In this document: piece by piece, positions 25,643 to 32,000 of the stretch
Layout of the letters: each line of letters starts with the position of its first letter
Numbering within the stretch: the first letter of the stretch is position 1
Assembly: GCF_000829315.1 (NCBI RefSeq)
Contig: NZ_AP013028.1
Span: 1,050,001 to 1,082,000, forward strand
DNA: 32,000 bases
Origin: Wolbachia endosymbiont of Cimex lectularius
Lineage (GTDB): Bacteria; Pseudomonadota; Alphaproteobacteria; Rickettsiales; Anaplasmataceae
Reading direction: 5' to 3'
Position numbers and translations under genes: made by a program
The notes under the pieces: model-generated
The model's input: only the letters and a program-made list of their open reading frames with translations
What the model was told of the DNA's origin: nothing
The model's database searches: none

Positions 25643-27389
25643 CAGAGGGCAAAAGAGTTGCTTGAACGGGCTTTAGCAATTTACGAGAAACATTATGGCT
25701 CTGACCATCTCAAAGCTGCTGGAGCACTGACAAATCTAAGTAACGTCTACCATGCTTTAGGTAATCCTCGGAAACAAAAAGAATTGCTTGAACAGGTCTT
25801 ATCTGTTTTTGAAGAACATTATGGTTCTGATCATTTTCAAGTTGCTACCATACTGGCAAATCTTGGTATCGCTTATGGGAATTTAGGTAATTATAAGAAA
25901 GCAAAAGAGCTGTTTGAACAGACTTTAGCAATTTACGAAAAACATTATGGCCCTGATCATTTTCAAGTTGCTGAGACGCTGACAAAGCTAGGTAATACTT
26001 ATTATGCTTTAGGTGATCCTCGGAAAGCAAAAGAATTGCTTGAACAAGCTCTACCTATTCTTGAGAAACACTATGATCCTAGCCACTTTCAAGTTGCTAC
26101 ACTACTAGCAGACCTAGGTAATGCTTATGGAGATTTAGGCGATCATAAGAGAAAAAAGGAGTTGCTCGAACAGGTTTTACCTATTCTTGAGAAATATTAT
26201 AATCCTGATCATTTTCAAGTTGCTGCGTTACTGATAAACCTAGGCAATGCTTATTATGCTTTAGGTGATCCTCAGAAAGCAAAAGAGTTGCTTGAACGGG
26301 CTTTGGCAATTCAAAAGAAACATTATGGTTCTGATCATTTCAAAGTTGCTATTACGCTAACGAATCTTAGTAACGCTTATCATGCTTTAGGTGATCCTCA
26401 GAAGACAAAAGAGTTGCTTGAACGGGCCTTACTTATCTTGAATCAGCATTGTAGCCCTGACCATTTTGAAGCTGCCAAAACACTGGCAAACCTTGGTAAT
26501 GCTTATGGGGATTTAGGTGAATACGAAAAACAAAAGGAGTTACTTGAACAGGCTTTACCTATTTTTGAGAAACACTACGGCTTTGATCATTTTCAAGTAG
26601 CCATTGGATTGACAAACCTCAGTACCGCTTATCATGCTTTAGGTGACTATAAGAAACAAAAGGAGTTGCTTGAACGGGCTTTAACAATTAAAGAAAAACA
26701 TTATGGATCTGATCATTTTCAAGTGGCCATTGAACTGACAAACCTCGGTACCGCTTATAGCGCTTTAAGCGATCATAAGAAAGCAAAAGAGTTGCTTGAA
26801 CAGGCTTTAGCAATTGACAAGAAATATTATGGTTCTGATCACTTTCAAGTGGCTATTATATTAGAAAACCTGGGTATCACTTATGGCACTTTAGGTAATC
26901 ATAAGAAACAAAAGGAATTGCTTGAACGTGCTTTAGCAATTAATGAAAAATACTATGGTCCTGATCATCTTCAAGTTGCTAGGACGCTGATAAATCTAGG
27001 CATCGCTTATGGAGATTTAGGTGAACATGAAAAACAAAAGGGGTTGCTTGAAAGTGCTTTACCCATTTTTGAGAAACATTATGGCTCTGACCGTTTTCAA
27101 GTTGCTAAACTACTGGCAAACCTAGGTATCACTTATGGCGCTTTGAGTGATCATAAGAAACAAAAGGAGTTACTTGAGCAGGCTTTACCTATCTTTAAGA
27201 AACATTACGACCCTGATCATTTCGAAGTTGCTAAACTACTGATAAACCTGAGTATTGCTTATGGTGCTTTAGGTGACCATGAGAAACAAAAAATGTTGTT
27301 TGAGAGAGCTTTACCTATCATTAAGAAACATTATAGCTCTGATCGTTTTTGAAGTTGCTAAACTACTGGCAGAATTAGACAAAGTTTAG
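25643..27389 (+). pseudogene. TPR-repeat protein remnant (about 13 tandem 42-aa / 126-nt kinesin-light-chain-like TPR units), 5'-truncated by the IS and frameshifted 12 codons before its natural stop
   Basis: The repeat frame (..QRAKELLERALAIYEKHYGSDH..) runs straight out of the IS right end with no start or upstream region. At 27346-27350 the string CGTTTTTGA has one more nucleotide than the equivalent CATTTCGAA of the other units, which creates a TGA at 27350. Restoring the frame gives ..EVAKLLAELDKV and a stop at 27387-27389. Confidence 0.85.
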
Positions 27390-27427
27390 GCTTTTAGCAA
27401 CACTAGATTAATAACAACTCATTTGAG

Positions 27428-28600
27428 CTACACTTCCAAAACCAATCTGTTTGGGTCTTCTATGTAATTTTTTATTTTAACAAGGAAAGTTACTGCTCCT
27501 TTGCCGTCAACTATTCTGTGGTCGTAGGAGAGGGCAATGTACATCATAGGTCTGATTTCCACTGTATTGCCTACAGCAACTGGCCTGCTTTGTATTGAAT
27601 GCATGCCAAGTATTCCAGATTGCGGAGGGTTTATGATCGGGGTGGACAGGAGTGAACCGTATACTCCGCCGTTTGAGATAGTAAATGTTGCACCTTCCAT
27701 TTCTGATACTTGCAGCTTGCCTTCTCGAGCTTTTTTGCCAAGAGCAGCTAAAGTCAATTCGATTTCGGCAAATGACATCTGGTCAGCACTCCGAATAACC
27801 GGCACAACAAGGCCTTTATCGGTGCCAACAGCAACGCCTATGTCATAGTAATGTTTATATACGATTTCATCGCCTGAGATTTCAGCGTTAATTTCAGGAA
27901 TCTCCTTCAGTGCTTGCACCGCTGCCTTTATAAAAAACGATATGAAACCCAGTTTTATTCCATATTTTTTTTCGAAAGTTTCTTTATATTTTGCCCTAAG
28001 ATCCATCACATTCTTCATGTCGATCTCATTGAATGTGGTCAGTATTGCAGCAGTGTTTTGCGATGCCTTCAAACGAGCAGCGATTACTTGCCTTATTTTG
28101 CTCATTTTTACCCGTTCTTCTCTTCGCTCCCCACTTGCTATACTTTTTGGCAGTTCGACCGCAGGCTGTTCAGCGCCTGTACTTTTGCTTATATGGCCTA
28201 TTACATCCGCTTTGGTTATTCTGCCTCCCATGCCAGTTCCTTTGACATCTTCTGCGCTGATTGCATTTTCCTCCATAATTTTACGAGCTGAAGGAGCGTC
28301 TTTTTTAGCAGGGCTTTCGCTTTTGTCTTCTTTCTTCATCTCTTCTTTCACCTCTCCTACGGAAAGCTTCGCTAATAGCTGATCTGGGCTTATTACATCA
28401 TCCTCTTTTACAAGAAATTCAGTTATTTGCCCAGAAGCCTCTGCGGTTAATTCAAGCGCTGTTTTGTCAGTTTCAATTTCAAAGATTAAATCATCTACTT
28501 TTACTGATTCGCCAACATTTTTCTTTATTTTGACTATACCTTCCGTGACTGATTCACCACCTAGAGTTTTTGGTGCTCTAATTTCTATAATTTTGCTCAT
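27428..28600 (-). CDS. sucB: Dihydrolipoyllysine-residue succinyltransferase (E2 of 2-oxoglutarate dehydrogenase)
   Basis: 390 aa. The lipoyl domain contains [12 protein letters not shown] flexible linker and a peripheral subunit-binding domain follow. The catalytic domain ends with ..[17 protein letters not shown]... Confidence 0.95.
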   Translation of the reverse strand: MSKIIEIRAPKTLGGESVTEGIVKIKKNVGESVKVDDLIFEIETDKTALELTAEASGQITEFLVKEDDVISPDQLLAKLSVGEVKEEMKKEDKSESPAKKDAPSARKIMEENAISAEDVKGTGMGGRITKADVIGHISKSTGAEQPAVELPKSIASGERREERVKMSKIRQVIAARLKASQNTAAILTTFNEIDMKNVMDLRAKYKETFEKKYGIKLGFISFFIKAAVQALKEIPEINAEISGDEIVYKHYYDIGVAVGTDKGLVVPVIRSADQMSFAEIELTLAALGKKAREGKLQVSEMEGATFTISNGGVYGSLLSTPIINPPQSGILGMHSIQSRPVAVGNTVEIRPMMYIALSYDHRIVDGKGAVTFLVKIKNYIEDPNRLVLEV

Positions 28601-28758
28601 AAAACAACCTTTCGTACAAACTTGCTATAATTTTATACATGAAAAGAACCATATAATAAACTAATAAATTTTTTTATCATTTAGAAGTGAAAAACGGATA
28701 ACATACTCCTAAATGCCATTCTAAGTATATTCTACCCATAAAAACGGAAAAAAACTAC

Positions 28759-28787
28759 TTGACAACCTTCGTCAGTCCCCTTACAAT
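28759..28787 (+). promoter_or_regulatory. Fourth copy of the repeat-family promoter module (copy D), separated from downstream DNA by IS copy 2
   Basis: AAAAAACTACTTGACA (TTGACA at 28759-28764), a 17-nt spacer (accttcgtcagtcccct), TACAAT (28782-28787). The upstream 25 nt are nearly identical to copy C. The IS begins 19 nt after the -10 element. Confidence 0.5.
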
Positions 28788-28805
28788 AGAGTTGTGGGTG
28801 TCTTA

Positions 28806-29666
28806 GAACCTGTTTAAAATCTTGGAAATGTGAGGTAAAGTAAGCATAGATTAATAATGAGGTGTCTATGCAGAAAAGTTATCCAAGTAATATAAGTCAA
28901 GAGCAGTTTGAAAAAATCAGGCCAATTTTGGAGAGTAGCAAGCAGAAAACAAAACCAAGAAAACTTGATTTGTATGACGTATTTTGTGGGGTGTTGTACG
29001 TCTTAAAAAGTGGTTGTCAGTGGAGGATGTTACCAAAGGGTTTTCCAAGATGGGAAAGCGTATATTACTATTTTCGAGTGTGGAGTAAAAAGAATGGAGA
29101 AGAGCCAAGCTTGTTGGAATTAGTCTTAAAAAAAATTAGTTGGAGAGGTCCGTATCAGCAATGGTCGGAAAGAGAAAACTAGCTTTTGTATAATTGATTC
29201 TCAAAGCGTTAAAAACGCAGATACTGCTGAAAAAAAAAGGCTATGATGCAGGTAAAAAGATTTCAGGGATAAAGCGCCATATTGCAGTTGATACACAAGG
29301 TTTGCCACATGCAATTTATGTAACAACGGCAGAAGCAACTGACCGTAGCAGTGCTGTGAAAATGGTCGAAAATGCTAAAGCAAACCTCTCTGAAGTTAAA
29401 AACATACTGGTTGATGCTGGCTACACAGGAGAAAATTTTGCAACACAAATAAAAGCTATCATTGGTGCGACTGTTGAAGTAATAAAGCGAAGTGAGTTAC
29501 ACACTTTCGTCGTATTGCCAAAAAGATGGGTTGTTGAACGCTCTTTTGCCTGGTTAGAAAAGTGCAGGCGATTGTGGAAAAATTGCGAGCGGAAGCTCAA
29601 CACTAGCTTACAGATGATAGTCCTCTCCTTCATTTCTCTCCTGTTACGAAGATTTTAAACAGGTTC
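28806..29666 (+). mobile_element. IS5-family insertion sequence, copy 2 (861 bp), same orientation as copy 1
   Basis: It is identical to copy 1 at every position I compared and in the translated ORFs. The only difference is A9 (29230-29238) where copy 1 has A8, which puts the DDE domain in two frames (the track ORF 29194..29658 starts out of frame). Flanks are TTA on the left and TAA on the right. Confidence 0.92.
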
Positions 29667-29837
29667 TAAGATAAATTAATAAAGAGTACTTTTTGCCTAC
29701 AACTGAAGGTTTAGGCAAATTTATGGTTTGTTCTACTTGGATGACACATCACTGGTCCTAAAATCACAATGTTTGTGTAATTTCAGTAGCAGGTTGCTTG
29801 AGTCCGTACTATTATATAGTATAATACTATATAAAAT

Positions 29838-30656
29838 ATGACCTTTAAAAAGCTCAATCTACACTTAGTATCAGATTCAAGTGGTGAAACTGTTATATCA
29901 GTTGCAAAATCAGCTCTGAAACACTTTCGTTCTGTAGAAACAATTGAATATGTTTGGTCTTTTGTGAAAAAAGAAGAACAAATTGATAGAATTTTGGAGG
30001 AAATCAATAAGAAAAGTGATGAGCATCACTTTGTTATATGCACTATTACTGATGATGAACTAAGAAAATATTTAAAAGATAACTGTATAAAATTGGAAAT
30101 TCCCTATCGAGCAATATTATCACATATTATTAGAGAAATTTCTTCCTATCTTGAAATTGAAAAAGACGAAAAGCTTGACTTGCATACTGAGATAAATAAT
30201 GAGTATTTTCAGCGCATTGAGGCAATAAACTACACTATTAATCATGATGACGGACAAAATATTCAAGATATTGATAAGGCAGACATAATCTTGATTGGAG
30301 TTTCGCGTACATCAAAATCTCCCACCAGTATGTATTTAGCTTATCGGGGTTATAGGGTTGCAAATATTCCCTTTGTTAGTGAGGTACCCTTTTATGTTGA
30401 CTTAACAAAGTTAGAGAATAAGCTGACAATAGGGCTAACAATAGATGCAAGTAGGCTGGTGGAAATACGCAAAAATAGACTTACTTCAATTAACAACGAA
30501 AATAATAATGTATACGCTGACCCTAAGAAAGTAGAAAAGGAAATTAAAAAAGCAGAGGAACTTTTTAAACAAAACAATTGGCCAATTATAGATGTAACAC
30601 AAAAGTCGATCGAAGAAGTGTCAGCAACGATTATACAATATTTTAATAGAATGTGA
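29838..30656 (+). CDS. Pyruvate, phosphate dikinase regulatory protein (PDRP/PpsR-type bifunctional kinase-pyrophosphorylase, DUF299)
   Basis: 272 aa. The N-terminus is [12 protein letters not shown] and the P-loop is [18 protein letters not shown]. Both are hallmarks of the DUF299 family. Confidence 0.88.
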   Translation: MTFKKLNLHLVSDSSGETVISVAKSALKHFRSVETIEYVWSFVKKEEQIDRILEEINKKSDEHHFVICTITDDELRKYLKDNCIKLEIPYRAILSHIIREISSYLEIEKDEKLDLHTEINNEYFQRIEAINYTINHDDGQNIQDIDKADIILIGVSRTSKSPTSMYLAYRGYRVANIPFVSEVPFYVDLTKLENKLTIGLTIDASRLVEIRKNRLTSINNENNNVYADPKKVEKEIKKAEELFKQNNWPIIDVTQKSIEEVSATIIQYFNRM

Positions 30657-30725
30657 TAAATTTATCAATTGACTAACTCTTTGTAAGTAGCCATAATATG
30701 AGATAATTTGGTTTTCGCTATAGCT

Positions 30726-30854
30726 ATGAAAGTTAAAGGCTCACTAAAGTCCCATCGCAGCAGAGATAAAAACTGTAAAGTTGTGAGAAGGAGTGGTAAA
30801 ATTTACGTTATAAATAAAGTAAAACCAAGGTGTAAAGCCCGCCAGGGTTCTTGA
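30726..30854 (+). CDS. rpmJ: 50S ribosomal protein L36
   Basis: It falls below the ORF-track size cutoff. My translation is [42 protein letters not shown] (42 aa), which matches the alphaproteobacterial L36 pattern (MKV..SLK....R...C.VVRR.G..YVINK..PR.KARQG). Confidence 0.9.
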   Translation: MKVKGSLKSHRSRDKNCKVVRRSGKIYVINKVKPRCKARQGS

Positions 30855-31052
30855 GTATCAGCCATAAGTTGGTTATGCAATAGATTTATCGGTTGCCTTG
30901 AAACAAAGGGGGGTTACAGTGGCCAGAATGCAGTGTCAGTTGTATATCCGGGCTTGGCTTGCGGTAAAAGGGTTCTAAGCTGTAACTAGGATGCTCAGTT
31001 TTTTATTCACTTTTTCATGTTATACGTTTTTTAGTTTCTTATATGTAAAAAT

Positions 31053-31370
31053 ATGGTGTTTGTATTTAGAAATAAGAAGAAGTTACTGTGTTTAAGTATA
31101 GCTTTGCTCATTTCTTCTCTTACACTATATTTTAGTATCAGTACAATTACGGGTAAACGTGGCTTATCAGCATTAATGGATTTAAAAAAAGAGATAGAGT
31201 ACAATAAACTTTTGCTAAAGAATATATCTTTTGAAAGGGAAAAGTTGAGTAATAAAGTGTTTGGCTTATATGAAAAAAGCTTAGATTTGGATCTGCTTGA
31301 TGAACAAGCAAAAAATGCTCTGGGTTATGTGAGCCCTAAGGAGCTAATGGTTGTTCTCGATGTGGAATAG
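31053..31370 (+). CDS. ftsB: Septum formation initiator family protein (FtsB/DivIC-like)
   Basis: 105 aa. A basic N-terminus, a single TM helix (LLCLSIALLISSLTLYF) and a short coiled coil are followed by ..LDLDLLDEQAKNALGYVSPKE.., the typical FtsB C-terminal motif. Confidence 0.75.
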   Translation: MVFVFRNKKKLLCLSIALLISSLTLYFSISTITGKRGLSALMDLKKEIEYNKLLLKNISFEREKLSNKVFGLYEKSLDLDLLDEQAKNALGYVSPKELMVVLDVE

Positions 31371-31430
31371 CAACATCTTTAAATGAAAGAAAAAAACCGC
31401 TATAATCCAAGTGCAGGCATTATAAACGAG

Positions 31431-32000
31431 ATGAAAGTGAAAAATATCTTATTAGCGCTTTTAATACAGGCTATGTTTGGGTTGCCATCATTTGCGGCCG
31501 ATCCTATTTTGCTCAACTGTATTGAAACTCCAGAGATTTATGATCTTGATGCAAAACCAAAAAGCTTTAACTCTTCAAATAATTTAAGAAGAAAACCTGG
31601 TTCTCCAAGTAGCGCAACAGGAGAATTGATAAGCATAGTGGGTAGAGTTACTGATGTAAACTGTTTGCCAATACAAAATGCTGTAGTTTCTATATGGCAC
31701 GCGAATTCACGCGGCGTAAACCATTATGATGAAAATGTGGAGGATGATAAGCTTGATCCAAATTTTGCCGGATCAGGAAGGTTTATAGTGAATAACCTTG
31801 GCTATTATAATTTTATTACAATAGTACCTGGTAAGATTGGTGATAGGGCTCCACACATCAACTTTTTGGTTCAACATCCAGATTTCCCAGAGTTCACAAC
31901 ACAAATGTTCTTTGCCGATCATAATTGCAACAACTGTGCTGATTCTGTTCTTGGGGATCTTATTGATAATGGACTTGCAAGCCTTCTGATAGCACCATTT
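31431..32000 (+). CDS. Secreted intradiol ring-cleavage dioxygenase-family protein (protocatechuate 3,4-dioxygenase beta-subunit-like), 5' part; continues beyond window end
   Basis: The frame is open to the window edge, so it is not in the track. The ATG at 31431 gives a signal-peptide-like MKVKNILLALLIQAMFGLPSFAADP; an upstream in-frame ATG is at 31383. The motifs ..VSIWHANSRGVNHY.. and ..GDRAPHINFLV.. resemble the intradiol dioxygenase core (iWh.n..G.Y / R.aHiHf). Confidence 0.75.
   Translation, partial: MKVKNILLALLIQAMFGLPSFAADPILLNCIETPEIYDLDAKPKSFNSSNNLRRKPGSPSSATGELISIVGRVTDVNCLPIQNAVVSIWHANSRGVNHYDENVEDDKLDPNFAGSGRFIVNNLGYYNFITIVPGKIGDRAPHINFLVQHPDFPEFTTQMFFADHNCNNCADSVLGDLIDNGLASLLIAPF

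Noticed and set aside
25643-27389. Regular 126-nt periodic repeats considered as a possible CRISPR-like or satellite array
   Set aside because: The repeats are contiguous with no spacers, keep one open reading frame and encode canonical TPR helices. This is a coding tandem repeat, not CRISPR.
27537-28382. Plus-strand ORFs within sucB (27537..27848, 27914..28291, 27942..28382, 28033..28245)
   Set aside because: They lie antisense to a conserved E2 succinyltransferase gene and have no independent support.
24782-29666. Reading the two IS copies plus intervening DNA as an active composite transposon carrying cargo
   Set aside because: The cargo is a broken TPR gene plus a core TCA-cycle gene. 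The matching outer TAA flanks have about a 1 in 4 chance expectation. I report the flank pattern as a rearrangement clue only.
30960-30990. Possible tRNA or tmRNA T-arm (GGGTTCTAAGC)
   Set aside because: It departs from the GTTCRANYC T-loop consensus at the purine position. I could build no acceptor stem, anticodon arm or CCA context. It is kept only as part of the generic candidate structured region.

Overview
This is an AT-rich bacterial chromosome segment. Its gene content (gatB, rho, tsaD, fused ispDF, valS, pyrF, sucB, a PPDK regulatory protein, rpmJ) and its repeat-derived peptides look like an Anaplasmataceae endosymbiont, most likely Wolbachia. That assignment comes from recall of protein motifs; no search was run. 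About 22 housekeeping or conserved CDSs are interleaved with accessory material. (1) Two IS5-family copies (860 and 861 bp) lie in direct orientation. They appear identical except for one A in a poly-A tract. They bracket a TPR gene remnant (42-aa repeats, truncated at the 5' end by the IS and frameshifted at the 3' end) plus sucB. (2) A dispersed 0.3-0.45 kb intergenic repeat starts with a perfect TTGACA-17 nt-TATAAT promoter. It occurs three times, and a fourth promoter-only copy is cut by the second IS. (3) A second family of short palindromic repeats forms two intergenic blocks, and fragments of it sit in frame inside valS and ispD. (4) Three orphan coiled-coil, low-complexity proteins are present. 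Two carry a bilobed (two-helix) hydrophobic domain reminiscent of vacuole/inclusion-membrane proteins, and one looks split into two ORFs. I found no rRNA, tRNA or CRISPR array. Several ORF-track starts look too long, and I give preferred internal starts. Functional calls rest on recognised motifs only and should be confirmed by homology search.
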